A stretch of DNA of 64,000 nucleotides from a virus (taxonomy: Duplodnaviria > Heunggongvirae > Uroviricota > Caudoviricetes). The position numbers and the translations under genes were made by a program. The DNA lies in the IMG/VR virus record IMGVR_UViG_3300006217_002764. The stretch is one strand, 5' to 3'. Of the stretch, positions 9,368 to 19,890 are shown piece after piece (positions within the stretch are counted from its first letter, which is position 1; each line of letters begins with the position of its first letter). A model generated the notes under the pieces. The model did no database searches and was not told the origin of the DNA. It saw nothing but the letters and a program-made list of their open reading frames with translations.

Positions 9368-10579
9368 ATGAAGGACTGCAAACACGGACAGGTGCGTGAG
9401 AATAAGCGATATCTCACGCTCGGTTCCACCAAGCGGGGTAAACCATGCTTATGGGATCCGGTCAAAGAAAGCGGTATGTTGCTGGTCACAGGACCGACAG
9501 GTTCGGGGAAAACCTGCCTATTGGCAATGCTGGCCACGCAGACGCTGACCAATGGAGGGCGCGTGTTCTACACGTCCTTGGCAAAAGACTCCGATTTCCC
9601 TGATGCAGTGCTCCGGCATTGCGATTCCGTCACGGGCATAGGTGACTTCGCTGGTGTGGTCGATCATCTCGAACGCCTATGTGACGAGTTGGAGCAGCGG
9701 GCTGCTCTTGTGGTGGAACACCATACGGACTCCATCTACAAGATCGACGAAAGCATGGTATCCGCTGGTGAACAGCATCTGATTGCACCCGTGACTGTGA
9801 TCATCGATGATTTCGATTACCTGTTCCAATGGTGGCACACACACCCGGAGGAATATGCCCGAAAATTGGATGTCTACAGGCTTATGGGCAGCCTTGCCGC
9901 ACTGGTGGGACGGGGACGTCTGCTCGGAATACGGTTGGCCATGGCTGCACAGCACTTCACCATCGATGATATGGTGTCGGTTCCCCCTATCGGTCATGCC
10001 CTGCGGTTCGGCGTCGAAGTGCAGACACTTCTTTCGCCACGCTGGCACGCGGACTACTTCTCCCGCTATGCCAAACAGTCAGGCATCCTCCAGCTCGCCT
10101 GTTTCGACGGCGAACAACTGGCGGATACGCACGCCGGCCTCCCACAAAAACCACGGGCGGACACAAGTGGCAAACGCGACCTGCGGTTCACCGGCGATAG
10201 TGACGACATGCATGTTCTCGTCCCGTTGAGCAATAACACGTTCGCCTGCCGGCCGGACGAATGCCCAGTGGTGTTGACCAACCACAGTACCGAGGATGAC
10301 ATCATCCTCGAATGCGCACGCTTGTTGGACATGTTGGAACCAATGCGCGACCACAGTGACCGGTTACTGCCCAGCGCGTATTGGAACACATGCAGTGCAC
10401 TGCACCAGCTGGTTGCAGCATTCACGGATTGCGATCCAAAAACCACAATCGCCCAATCATACGGGGGTCTGCCACGTGTCACCTGCCTGCATGGGGAATT
10501 CGACTCATGGGAAGCGTACGCGCAACATGCAATCCACTACACGCCTGAACCGGATAATGGGAAAGGAGTGGAATCATGA
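9368..10579 (+). CDS. FtsK/SpoIIIE- or VirD4-like P-loop ATPase (putative conjugative coupling/translocase protein)
   Basis: Walker A LVTGPTGSGKTCLL and Walker B-like VTVIIDDFD. ATG at 9368 overlaps the stop of the upstream small ORF. Confidence 0.55.
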   Translation: MKDCKHGQVRENKRYLTLGSTKRGKPCLWDPVKESGMLLVTGPTGSGKTCLLAMLATQTLTNGGRVFYTSLAKDSDFPDAVLRHCDSVTGIGDFAGVVDHLERLCDELEQRAALVVEHHTDSIYKIDESMVSAGEQHLIAPVTVIIDDFDYLFQWWHTHPEEYARKLDVYRLMGSLAALVGRGRLLGIRLAMAAQHFTIDDMVSVPPIGHALRFGVEVQTLLSPRWHADYFSRYAKQSGILQLACFDGEQLADTHAGLPQKPRADTSGKRDLRFTGDSDDMHVLVPLSNNTFACRPDECPVVLTNHSTEDDIILECARLLDMLEPMRDHSDRLLPSAYWNTCSALHQLVAAFTDCDPKTTIAQSYGGLPRVTCLHGEFDSWEAYAQHAIHYTPEPDNGKGVES

Positions 10580-11154
10580 CGTTCGATTTGACGGATTGGT
10601 GGCCTGTGCGGATGGTAGGTGGCCTTGACTGGAGGGTGGAGTTGGCACTCATAGTTTTTCTTGGTGCCGCTATCGCCGTGACGTTTCACCTCGTGAAGGC
10701 CGTCAGAAACAGTGGTATCGCATGGGTCCGGAATCATCATGTGGTTGTTTCCGTACTGATTTTCGTGTGGTGCGGTATGACAGTTTTTACGCTTGGCAGG
10801 ATGATACTGGACTATCCCGCAGCCACACGGCAGACAACCACCTTGGGCACCTACATCACCGAACAGGCGGAGGCGTACACGCCGGCGCTGACTAACGTGG
10901 AGTGCGAAACACCCGCGACGGACAACAAGAACACGCTCCTTGAACAGGAGGGACGCTACCTGCGAACATGGCGGTTTGACGGCAAACCCGTCAAAGGCAG
11001 TGTGAGTATCGCTACTTCCAAGGCAACCGGATGGTTCTCCAGTACCCCACCCACCGCAACCCTTGTCGATTCGCATGGTGGTGTGTGGTGCCCCGTGGAA
11101 TGGAAAACGTCAAACGGATGCGAACCGGTTTCCAAGCCGCCGGAGGCATCATGA
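10576..11154 (+). CDS. membrane protein
   Basis: Hydrophobic N-terminal helices. ATGA overlap with the upstream ATPase. Confidence 0.45.
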   Translation: MTFDLTDWWPVRMVGGLDWRVELALIVFLGAAIAVTFHLVKAVRNSGIAWVRNHHVVVSVLIFVWCGMTVFTLGRMILDYPAATRQTTTLGTYITEQAEAYTPALTNVECETPATDNKNTLLEQEGRYLRTWRFDGKPVKGSVSIATSKATGWFSSTPPTATLVDSHGGVWCPVEWKTSNGCEPVSKPPEAS

Positions 11155-11732
11155 TGATGGGTTTGGAACCGTACCTTGACCAATACCGGCAGTGGGTGGA
11201 CACATTGCATACGCCGCATGGTGGTGAACTGTTTCCCGCATGGTGGCAAGCGAAGACCGTTAATCTTGCCCATGTTGTTCTTGCGCTGCTCGTCATGATG
11301 ATGGCACTGGCCGCGGTGTGGGTCGTGGTGAAAGGTTCGGTGAACGCCATCCTCCTCATCAGGGGGAGGCAACCACATTCAGCAAGGCATTGCATGGGGT
11401 GGTTCCTCCAAGCCGGACTCTGCGTATGCGCGGCGGTAACCCTGTTCTTCACAGGGGTTCCGAAATGGTACACAGCCATCCCGCAGCCGACACAGACCAT
11501 CGCCAACTACGTCGAACGGCAGGCCGGTGTCTCGCATATGGCATGCAAACGGCTCCCAAAAACGCCCATAGACACCTATGACCCTAAGAACCTGCTGGAT
11601 TTGACCGGCTACTATCCGTGCACCGTCACCCTGCCGGATGGGGCCGCCGTGAACGCCACGTTGAACATCCGCGGCACTCAGTTCTCCCTTACGCAAACCT
11701 CGAACGGCAAACTATTGACGAAAGGATCCTAA
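11151..11732 (+). CDS. membrane protein
   Basis: ATG (MMMGLEPY) overlaps the previous stop. Several TM segments. Confidence 0.45.
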   Translation: MMMGLEPYLDQYRQWVDTLHTPHGGELFPAWWQAKTVNLAHVVLALLVMMMALAAVWVVVKGSVNAILLIRGRQPHSARHCMGWFLQAGLCVCAAVTLFFTGVPKWYTAIPQPTQTIANYVERQAGVSHMACKRLPKTPIDTYDPKNLLDLTGYYPCTVTLPDGAAVNATLNIRGTQFSLTQTSNGKLLTKGS

Positions 11733-11734
11733 TC

Positions 11735-11989
11735 ATGGCTTCGATGACCGGACCGCTACGACGCATATGGGCGCACTTGGCCTGCCATGGCTGGCCGCTC
11801 ATGGTGGGCGGTTTTTTGAGCGGGTTCGCATTCCGTTTTTCCTTATATGACAACCTGTGGTTCATCCTCCCCGCATTGGCCGGCATCCTACTGGTCATCC
11901 CCCTCATCACCGCCACCATAACGGACACGATCACAACAGTGAAACATTGGCGAGAGGAACCGCCAAGCACGAAAGGAAGCAAACAATAA
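11735..11989 (+). CDS. small membrane protein
   Basis: 84 aa, two TM helices. Confidence 0.4.
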   Translation: MASMTGPLRRIWAHLACHGWPLMVGGFLSGFAFRFSLYDNLWFILPALAGILLVIPLITATITDTITTVKHWREEPPSTKGSKQ

Positions 11990-12156
11990 TGCGACGAATC
12001 TGGTCATGGCTGGACAACAGCATAGTGGCCCTGCTGATCACATTCCCGTTCAGTCTTGGCGTGGTCCTCGCTGACAACATATCCCCTTGGTTCCTCATGC
12101 TGTCCGCATTGTCGGCATTGTTGTGGATCCCATACGTCACGGGTGTGGCACAGTAG
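11989..12156 (+). CDS. small membrane protein
   Basis: 55 aa, two TM helices. Stop overlaps the previous gene. Confidence 0.35.
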   Translation: MRRIWSWLDNSIVALLITFPFSLGVVLADNISPWFLMLSALSALLWIPYVTGVAQ

Positions 12157-13728
12157 CTAGTTTTGTACTAAGTCATGGTACTTACTAGTTCCGGCCAGTT
12201 TCCCGTTGGCTGGTGCGGGTCGCTGTCCACCCGGAGCGCCTGTAACGTCCGGGACCGCGCCGTCTATCGGCTGGTTCCAGCGTTGCCGGAATCGCCAGTC
12301 GAGTAGTTGGCGGGTGTTCTTGCGCGCCTTGGGGCCCGTGTTGTCCGGATGTTGCCACGAACGTCGTGACTGGATGACACGGGCCGCGTTGATGTCGGCG
12401 TGCATGGTTTTGCCGCAGAAACGGCAAGTGAATCTGGCTCGGCTGGCACGGTTCTTTTTGTCCGTGTATCCGCAGCCGGAGCATTCCTGTGACGTGTATT
12501 GTGCGGGTACCTGTTCAACCGTGATGCCCGCGGTTTCCTGTATGGCTTCGAGTTTGCGTTTCAGTGCGGCGCGGCCGGTGCGGGTGATGAGACGGTTCAT
12601 GCGTTTGCTCATGCCGCCTCCCCGGAAGTCGAGGCGTTCGACCACGAGCGTCTTGACTTGTTCGGGGTCGTGTTTCAGGGCGAGCTGGTTGATGATGCGC
12701 CCCACCTCGTTCTTCACGGTTTCGCGGATGCGTCGGTTGAGGCGTTCGTGTTCCCGGTCGCCTTTTCTTTTCAGGCTGCGTTTGGCGAGCCACTGGTCAT
12801 GCTCGATCAGCTGTTCATCCAACACGCGCAGTCGTTCGAGCATTTTTCTGCCGAACAGGTGTCCGTCGCTGGTGGCGAGGAGTGCGTCGGCCATACCGAA
12901 ATCGAGGCCCACGGTGCGTCCGGTGTCGCGTTGTGCACTGTCGGGGATGTCGAGCACGAGACTCATCGAGAAATCCTTCGTGCCCTTGACGCGATGCAAC
13001 TGGACCACGCCGCACATGCCACCACCCCGTGCTACGGCATCCTCATAGGCGTGCTCGAAATGCGTGTTGGCCAGCAAGCCGACTTCGACAGGCTTTCCCT
13101 TGGTGAGGGTACTGGTCTTGACCCACCATGAGACGCGTGGATGGTCTGTGTTGTCTGGACGTTCCGGCTTGGCGACGATACGGTCCAGCACCAACGTATT
13201 CACGCGCCCCATATCGGGAAACCTGTTGCTCTTGGTGGCTTGTTTGACCAAGAGGCGCGCCAGTTTCAACAGGCGTGGCTCCACGTCCACCATGACCTTG
13301 TTCCTGACCTTCATGCCACACGGTACGAGCACACCGTCCTTGTCGGGTTTCCATGGCAGTTGGAACTCGGGTTTCCACCACGCATGCCACTTGTTGACCC
13401 GCAGCAGCACCAGCTTGTCGTCATCCGTCAGGGACGAATCCGTGACGAGATGGCGTACGCGCAGTTCCAGCAACGCCTGCCATGATAGGAGCTGGGTGCG
13501 TACCATGTTGCCCACGCTTTTCATCTGCCGCGCCGACAAGCCCCCAACGCTTGTCTTGTCCGGCAACGCCACATACAAGGGCAGGTCGGCGCCCTGCTGC
13601 AACCGGACATGCCAGTACGCCATCGTTTTCTTCAACGCGTCCCTGAACGGCGCGAACAGCGCGTTAAGCGCGTTAAGCTTACCTGCGTTTAAGTCGAGGA
13701 TTCCATGCAGATACGCGCGCTTCATCAC
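12157..13728 (-). CDS. tnpB: TnpB-like RuvC/zinc-finger protein (IS607-type OrfB)
   Basis: RuvC motifs GLDFG and VVERLDF, C-terminal zinc finger CSGCG...CRFCG, and DINAARVI. Confidence 0.8.
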   Translation of the reverse strand: MMKRAYLHGILDLNAGKLNALNALFAPFRDALKKTMAYWHVRLQQGADLPLYVALPDKTSVGGLSARQMKSVGNMVRTQLLSWQALLELRVRHLVTDSSLTDDDKLVLLRVNKWHAWWKPEFQLPWKPDKDGVLVPCGMKVRNKVMVDVEPRLLKLARLLVKQATKSNRFPDMGRVNTLVLDRIVAKPERPDNTDHPRVSWWVKTSTLTKGKPVEVGLLANTHFEHAYEDAVARGGGMCGVVQLHRVKGTKDFSMSLVLDIPDSAQRDTGRTVGLDFGMADALLATSDGHLFGRKMLERLRVLDEQLIEHDQWLAKRSLKRKGDREHERLNRRIRETVKNEVGRIINQLALKHDPEQVKTLVVERLDFRGGGMSKRMNRLITRTGRAALKRKLEAIQETAGITVEQVPAQYTSQECSGCGYTDKKNRASRARFTCRFCGKTMHADINAARVIQSRRSWQHPDNTGPKARKNTRQLLDWRFRQRWNQPIDGAVPDVTGAPGGQRPAPANGKLAGTSKYHDLVQN

Positions 13729-14309
13729 GCACCGTCCTCATCAGCTGGTGCCTGTAATGCCTTGACCGCATGCCTCACGCGACGCTTTGACCCGCGCAAC
13801 CCGTACAGGCGCGCCGTGAACGAATACAGGACACTGGTCATGTCGGCCATCAGGTCGCTCGTATCATCCTGTGCCTCGTTGGCCACGACCACGCTGCGCC
13901 CCTGCCTGCCCAGCAGCACGCGGAACCATTCGAACCCGACCCGTGTCAGACGGTCTTTGTGCTCCACGACCAGAGTGCCCCACTCGTCGGATTCCAACAG
14001 GCGCGTCAGCTTGACTCTATGGTCGTTGACGCCGGAACCGACTTCCTTGACAACCTTGACGACCCGGTATCCGGCAGCGTTGGCGAACGCGACCATGCGC
14101 TGCGCCTGACGTTCCAAGTCATCCCGCTGCCGGTTCGTGGACACGCGCGCATACACTGCCGCGTTCCTCAAATTCTCGACCTTCGGATCGGGCACGACCA
14201 CATGACCTGCCTCGTCCAAGTATGCGCCGGGGATACGCCCTTTCTTCCACCGCAGGTACGCACCCTTGTAGGTGATACCCTCATTCTTCGCATACTGGGA
14301 CAATTTCAT
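13725..14309 (-). CDS. tnpA: IS607-family serine recombinase transposase
   Basis: N-terminal MerR-like HTH plus the resolvase catalytic motif AVYARVSTNRQRDDLERQ. Confidence 0.8.
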   Translation of the reverse strand: MKLSQYAKNEGITYKGAYLRWKKGRIPGAYLDEAGHVVVPDPKVENLRNAAVYARVSTNRQRDDLERQAQRMVAFANAAGYRVVKVVKEVGSGVNDHRVKLTRLLESDEWGTLVVEHKDRLTRVGFEWFRVLLGRQGRSVVVANEAQDDTSDLMADMTSVLYSFTARLYGLRGSKRRVRHAVKALQAPADEDGA

Positions 14310-14360
14310 GGCATCCAGTATACCACAAATGGGGCGGAATGTGATAGAATCAGAAAATAG

Positions 14361-14933
14361 TTACAACACCATGCGGTCGAGGTCACGGATCATGAACTGC
14401 CGGTCCACCATGTCGGGTTTGAAGCCCAACTGTTTGAGTTCGGCTGCCGTGTATCCCCGTTTCATCAGGTCTTTGAACACGTATTCCTGGCCGAGCGGGG
14501 TGAGCCGCACATACCCTGTTGCCGGCTTCCATGACCATCCGTTCTTGAAGTATTCGATGGCGGTATGCTCGTCGGGCATGGGTTGCAATGTCTGCATCGG
14601 GCATTTCTGGTTTAAGCATGTGGCGTGCATGAAGAAATCGACCGGCCTGTCCGTGAACTCCCGCACGTTCGAATACGGCGGGAAACATGTCGCAACCACG
14701 TTCGCATACCCGGTGTTGCACATGGGGCAACCACGCTCCATGCGGATCGCAGCCAATTCCACTTGCCGTTCCGCCTTCCGGACGGCACGTTCCGCTTGCT
14801 TGATGGCCTGCTGCTTCTCCATATCCACGGCCATACGCTCCACAAGCACACGAGGAAACCCCGTACGCTTGCACACCTCATCCACCGGACGGCGCTGCTC
14901 CAGCAACAACCACGCGAGCTCACTGTAATTCAT
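14361..14933 (-). CDS. hypothetical Cys-containing protein
   Basis: ORF with CPMCNTG...C motif. Unknown family. Confidence 0.45.
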   Translation of the reverse strand: MNYSELAWLLLEQRRPVDEVCKRTGFPRVLVERMAVDMEKQQAIKQAERAVRKAERQVELAAIRMERGCPMCNTGYANVVATCFPPYSNVREFTDRPVDFFMHATCLNQKCPMQTLQPMPDEHTAIEYFKNGWSWKPATGYVRLTPLGQEYVFKDLMKRGYTAAELKQLGFKPDMVDRQFMIRDLDRMVL

Positions 14934-14970
14934 GCAACGCCCCAATACGATTGATCACACCAATGAGGGC

Positions 14971-15513
14971 CTAGTTCGGGAACACGGTTTCGACTCCTGT
15001 GCCGGTACGGCGCAAGCGGTCGAGGTCATGTCGGATGGAGGCGTCATCGTGTCCGCGTTCCTTGAGGGTGATGGAACGTAGATCAAAATCCGGAGAGAGC
15101 GTGCTGTCGCCCATAGGAAGAAAATCGCATGGGTCCCCTGCGTTGAATTTGAACACTGCGAGTTTTGTCCTCAACTGGTTGAGTTGCGCGTCCACTCCCT
15201 TGATCCATTCGGGGATGTTCGTGGAATCATCGTAATGGACATGGTATTTGTCGCCGGGTTGCAGCACATTGCTTTTGAGGTTCATGGCGACGAGTTGGGT
15301 GCGCAGGTCTTCGTATGCGGCAATGGTGCGGTTGAGTTTGCGGATGGTGTGTTCGCAGATCTGCAATGGTGTGCGCTGGTATTCCGTGATGGGAGGGATA
15401 TGCATCGTGATCGGCTCGGCCTGGGACTGTGATTGTTCAGCGTTGGTCTTGATACGATCGAGGACGGGCTGTCGGTGCGGTGCGGTCATGGGCGTGGTTC
15501 CTTCTCGGTCCAT
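14971..15513 (-). CDS. hypothetical protein
   Basis: 180-aa ORF. A conserved promoter motif lies immediately upstream at 15515-15548. Confidence 0.55.
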   Translation of the reverse strand: MDREGTTPMTAPHRQPVLDRIKTNAEQSQSQAEPITMHIPPITEYQRTPLQICEHTIRKLNRTIAAYEDLRTQLVAMNLKSNVLQPGDKYHVHYDDSTNIPEWIKGVDAQLNQLRTKLAVFKFNAGDPCDFLPMGDSTLSPDFDLRSITLKERGHDDASIRHDLDRLRRTGTGVETVFPN

Positions 15514-15514
15514 A

Positions 15515-15548
15515 AGGTTGTTTTGTGGATAATGTCAGTATAGCATAT
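15515..15548 (-). promoter_or_regulatory. element-wide conserved promoter motif (extended -10 TGCTATACTG plus TCCACAAA)
   Basis: Minus-strand reading gives cagacatatatgcTATACTgacattatccacaaaac. Same motif upstream of at least 14 genes. Confidence 0.55.
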
Positions 15549-15674
15549 ATGTCTGTCGTCGCAGACGCATATAAGCACAGAAACCGAACCAGGGCCTTGC
15601 GCGGAAAACCGTCTCGCTATTGGACGCGACACGCGGTGCTATACTGAACTCGTGCAAAAAGATACAATTGAGGC

Positions 15675-16235
15675 ATGACCACGACACACAACACTCCACA
15701 GACCACACCCCTACGCGGGGACACCCTGCTCGTCGTCCTCAGCCCGGCGATAAGGCCAGGGAAGGCATACATACCCCCCGAGCCATTGATGCGCGAGTTC
15801 CTGCATGTAGCCAACGAGAATGATGGCAGACTCCTATGGGTGTCGAACCGTGGCATGAAGGCGGCAACCAAAAAGAACCGGAGCATCGTCTTCGCAAGCA
15901 GTGCGACACCACTTATGGTATGCGCAGATATCGTCGGCAGCGGTACTCCATACAATCCAAAGACTTGGAAACGATCCGACCCCTACCAGCCGATCAGCAC
16001 CGAAATGGAACCGAGGCGCAGTTGGATCAAACTCGACAATGTTCGGGAACTCCAAGGCTTCGACCCGTCGGATTACATGGTGCATACACCCGATGGCGTC
16101 ATGGGCCTCGAAGAATTCCTGAACAAGCGGATAACGGGGTCGGTGATCAAAGATGGTCAACGTCGGTACTTCGAGACCGGACGACATGCAAGCCTGCTCT
16201 CCATCACAGACAAAACCGATTGCCCGAAGGCATAG
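15675..16235 (+). CDS. hypothetical protein
   Basis: 186-aa ORF. Confidence 0.45.
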   Translation: MTTTHNTPQTTPLRGDTLLVVLSPAIRPGKAYIPPEPLMREFLHVANENDGRLLWVSNRGMKAATKKNRSIVFASSATPLMVCADIVGSGTPYNPKTWKRSDPYQPISTEMEPRRSWIKLDNVRELQGFDPSDYMVHTPDGVMGLEEFLNKRITGSVIKDGQRRYFETGRHASLLSITDKTDCPKA

Positions 16236-16247
16236 ACAGCCGTGCGG

Positions 16248-16583
16248 CTACGACTGCTTTTCTAACGTGGCCTCATGGGCACGCACATCCTGATCGACCT
16301 GCGCCACAATCTCCTCGACGATGCGCCGCAATTCCGGATTCTGCTCCAGGTCGAAACCATACGCCCGGTTGAACGGTCCCTTGACGTTCATGTATTTGGA
16401 TGAGGACATGTCCACACGGCTCACTCGCCAACCATCATCGCCGCGGTCAAGGATGGCGAACACTGTCCTCCCCAATCCGAAGATGCCATCGGGTCGCGTG
16501 ACCTCGATGGGCTGGTGAAGTCTTCGTGTCACCTCGACATGGACTCGACGGCTTTCCATGACTCCACGTGACATGCTAATCAT
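16248..16583 (-). CDS. hypothetical protein
   Basis: 111-aa ORF overlapping the next gene by 8 nt. Confidence 0.4.
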   Translation of the reverse strand: MISMSRGVMESRRVHVEVTRRLHQPIEVTRPDGIFGLGRTVFAILDRGDDGWRVSRVDMSSSKYMNVKGPFNRAYGFDLEQNPELRRIVEEIVAQVDQDVRAHEATLEKQS

Positions 16584-17112
16584 CCTTTCTCATCGCGAAA
16601 ATGACGGACATCTTGCTGTTCTCCAGACACTCCGTCAAAGGCATTGACACCACTTCGACATCAGAGGACCTGTAGGTGTCCTTCATGTAATCGTCGAACG
16701 GGAAGTTTCGCCCCTGCTTCAGATTGAATAATTTCACCCACCGGGTCGCCTTCGGGGCCAGGAACTCAGGGGGTGCTGTGTATTTGTCTCCATCATCCAT
16801 GCCTCTCAGGTAGCCTTTGCCCGCATCATAGATTGATCCGCTGATGTATTCATCGCCGTCCGGGAGCTTTCTCCACATGACGAAATAAGTGCACAATTTG
16901 ATATTGCGGGCTGATGCGATGCTGTTGAAGGGGACCAGGACTTTACCATTATTCTGCCGTGCGTGTTTCATAATTGCGTCAAAATAGGTTGGGCCGCCTT
17001 CCCAGTTGTACCGGGCGATGGTGTCCTTGTCCAAGCGTACTGAGTCTTTTCCCAGCCGGTCTTCTCCGACGCGCATGAATACGGTGCGTCTCTCCATGAG
17101 CGAGGTTGCCAT
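16576..17112 (-). CDS. hypothetical protein
   Basis: Start chosen at MATSLMERR. The longer ORF would run into the promoter region. Confidence 0.45.
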   Translation of the reverse strand: MATSLMERRTVFMRVGEDRLGKDSVRLDKDTIARYNWEGGPTYFDAIMKHARQNNGKVLVPFNSIASARNIKLCTYFVMWRKLPDGDEYISGSIYDAGKGYLRGMDDGDKYTAPPEFLAPKATRWVKLFNLKQGRNFPFDDYMKDTYRSSDVEVVSMPLTECLENSKMSVIFAMRKDD

Positions 17113-17237
17113 GATGCTCCTTTCCACGGCCGGAACCGTCGGTTTGCAGACAGGTTCAGTATACCACGGGACTGAACATGCCCACAAAAACACCATATAT
17201 GCTAAATTGAACATATCCACAAAACCAAGGGCCCTAT

Positions 17238-19874
17238 ATGGTGAAATCTCAACTCATACCAGAAAGCTACATCGCTCCATCCAGCCGATACGGCATGCTA
17301 CGCAGCGCCACCCCGACAGGGGATGTCTGGCTGTACGCTGCCATCCCCCAAATCGAAAATCTGATGGGGGGCACGGACAACCAGCACAGAATCGACGCCA
17401 AACAACAGCTTCAACACTTCTTCGAGGGATTGGCGGCCTTGGTCCCCCACGCGGCGATGCAACGTCGCGACATGCTCAAACGCTACTACCGTGAAATCCA
17501 CTTGCTTACCAGCTCCATGAGCGTGCGATACCGTCCTCCCCGAAGCGAACGTGGCACCCTGATCGGCGAGGAACAGTCCTATGCGTACGGTGACTATTTC
17601 ACCCGCAAACAATTCGCCGTCATCGGGGTCAAGCTCATCCCGTCTGGACGCGCCACCAAACACGACCGACATAAATCCTTGCTGACCCGAATAATGGATT
17701 GGTTCGATTCCGTCGCGTTCTCCATTGCAAACGGCTGCCAACCCTTCGAGGACTACCTAGAAGACAAAGACATCATTGAAAGCATCATGAGCGAAGCCGG
17801 GCTGCGCCCGTTCAGCCGTATGGACGCCACGGAATTCGAACACATTCGTAACCAGATGGAAACATGGTGGGTGAGCCGCCCCACTTCCAACGGGCTGCCC
17901 ATCATCGCCGAATACGATCACGTGCATTTCTTCCCCAATGAAGGACGGTGCCAAGACGCAAAAAACAAATACAACCGTGACGTGGATTGCGTGGATTGGA
18001 ACATCGACGGAGAATACCCCGCCACTGTTTGCGCTCTTAAATCAACCAGTTTCAACCACACCCCCATCGAAAATCCAAGCAGCCTATGGATTGCGAACCT
18101 CATGGCATCCGCGCGTGGGGGTGGTGCAAGCGCCATGGCGGTAAGCGTCCGTGGGATTGTGGAACCGGCGAAAGTGACCGCTCAAGAGATTCGAAGAAAC
18201 AAACGAACATTGGATGAAACAGTCGGCGCCAGGGAGGAAAAAGGCCATGATGCGACCGGCGACATGTTGGACGCCCAAGAAAACCTGCACGAAGGCAATG
18301 ACCTATACCGGTTGCGTAGTGTGCCTCCCACATTGACCGAGACAAGCGTGTTCGCATGCGTCGCAGGGCGAGCTGACAGGGCTGCCCGCAACCTCGAGTA
18401 TGTCCCCTACGTGGATTTTGTCGCATTGAACTCTGCGAACCAGCAGCTCATGGCGTTCAAAAGCATGCAGGCATGTTCGGATGTGCGGCTCATCCCCTAC
18501 GAACGGCATTTGTCTAGCACCTGCTTGTCAGGAGGTGGGGCGGGATCTCTCGCCGTGGCAGGTGATGACGATGGAGCGTTGGTCGGATTCACCGAAGCGA
18601 ACCGTCAACCCGTCTACGTAGGCCCCTCTATCGCATCCGTCAAGGATAAGAGGCCTGCCATGCTCATCATCGGCGACACTGCTTCCGGCAAGTCCATGCT
18701 TATGACGAAACTCTGCTACGAATGGTCTCTCATTAATACGCCAGATGGCAAACGGACTCCCGTCATCCTGTTCAACCCTAAGAAAGGCAATGATTTCGAG
18801 GATGCGGTAACCGCGGTCGGAGGCACTGTGGTCAGATTGGATTCCGAGGTGGCGAACGGCACGTTTGATCCGTTTAATGTCATCCCCAATCAAGATGAGG
18901 CGTTGCAGACCGCGACAACGATGATCGCCGACATCCTCAAAATGTCCAACGACAGTGTGGAGGACGAGCTCGCCGTTTCATGCATGCTTAAATACGGTTT
19001 GAGCCGTGGCATGCAATGCTGTGGCACAATGGTCGCTTGCGCAGCACGGGATTATCTTGAATATCAACGTAAAGGAGTTGATCCAGAGCATCTACCGGAC
19101 GGCAACATCCTCCCGGCAAACACATTGGCCATGGCGGACAAGATTCGCCGCGCATTGAGCACCAACCAGTTCCTGCGGTTGATCTTCGGGACAGAGGACG
19201 GCACGAAACCGTTGCGCGTGTCCGAAGGATGGACGTTGGTGAACGCCGGCAACCGCAACATCATGCCTGAACCAAATTCCCGAGCCAGTATGACCGGACG
19301 CATCCAACAATGGGCGATGTTCATGATCGTCATGGGTTCTTTCAGCGCGGTTGAGGAACGTGATGGCGTTGTAGCTGTAGATGAGGCGTGGTCCATCCTT
19401 GACCCTGATTCGCCGACGTGCGCATTGATTGATCAGAAGCTGCGCACAGCACGTTCCATGCGTGTCACTCCAGTGTTCGCCAGCCAAAAGGTCAAAGAAT
19501 TCATTGGTGCGAACATGGTGGGCGGGTTCAGCCGTGCGTTCTTGCTGTCCATGTCCGACACGTCGGACGAGAAGGCCTCCCCTGCCCGCCTTGCGTTGAA
19601 ACTGCTCGATATTCGTGATGAGAACGACGTCATCCTCAACCGTATGCGCGCTGATGCCGAAAAGGACAACGGTGATCCGAACTGGTCAAGCCTCAAAGCA
19701 TTGTATAATTCAGGCACTCGAGACAATATCCGCGGCTCGGTAGCCTATTTCATTGACGGGGAGAAACAACCGACCCCGATCGAAATCGTCATACCGCCAG
19801 ACCTGTTGCGCAAGATATCAACGAACGCGATAGACAAACGCAACCGTCTCGCCACCCACCAACAAGTGGCATAA
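17238..19874 (+). CDS. VirB4-like conjugative transfer ATPase (large P-loop NTPase)
   Basis: 878 aa. Walker A IIGDTASGKS about 480 aa in, and Walker B VAVDEAWSIL (the DEAW motif typical of the VirB4/TraC family). Two promoter-motif copies upstream at 17165-17232. Confidence 0.55.
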   Translation: MVKSQLIPESYIAPSSRYGMLRSATPTGDVWLYAAIPQIENLMGGTDNQHRIDAKQQLQHFFEGLAALVPHAAMQRRDMLKRYYREIHLLTSSMSVRYRPPRSERGTLIGEEQSYAYGDYFTRKQFAVIGVKLIPSGRATKHDRHKSLLTRIMDWFDSVAFSIANGCQPFEDYLEDKDIIESIMSEAGLRPFSRMDATEFEHIRNQMETWWVSRPTSNGLPIIAEYDHVHFFPNEGRCQDAKNKYNRDVDCVDWNIDGEYPATVCALKSTSFNHTPIENPSSLWIANLMASARGGGASAMAVSVRGIVEPAKVTAQEIRRNKRTLDETVGAREEKGHDATGDMLDAQENLHEGNDLYRLRSVPPTLTETSVFACVAGRADRAARNLEYVPYVDFVALNSANQQLMAFKSMQACSDVRLIPYERHLSSTCLSGGGAGSLAVAGDDDGALVGFTEANRQPVYVGPSIASVKDKRPAMLIIGDTASGKSMLMTKLCYEWSLINTPDGKRTPVILFNPKKGNDFEDAVTAVGGTVVRLDSEVANGTFDPFNVIPNQDEALQTATTMIADILKMSNDSVEDELAVSCMLKYGLSRGMQCCGTMVACAARDYLEYQRKGVDPEHLPDGNILPANTLAMADKIRRALSTNQFLRLIFGTEDGTKPLRVSEGWTLVNAGNRNIMPEPNSRASMTGRIQQWAMFMIVMGSFSAVEERDGVVAVDEAWSILDPDSPTCALIDQKLRTARSMRVTPVFASQKVKEFIGANMVGGFSRAFLLSMSDTSDEKASPARLALKLLDIRDENDVILNRMRADAEKDNGDPNWSSLKALYNSGTRDNIRGSVAYFIDGEKQPTPIEIVIPPDLLRKISTNAIDKRNRLATHQQVA

Positions 19875-19890
19875 AGAGAAAGGCACCACC

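Larger units (their letters stand above)
12150..14345 (-). mobile_element. IS607-family insertion sequence (serine-recombinase tnpA plus tnpB)
   Basis: Adjacent overlapping tnpA (serine recombinase) and tnpB. Ends are approximate. Confidence 0.6.

Noticed and set aside
12206-13131. ORFs 12206..13048 (+) and 12499..13131 (+) antisense to tnpB
   Set aside because: They lie opposite a confidently assigned TnpB with all RuvC and zinc-finger motifs. Their Ser/Arg-rich composition is artifactual.
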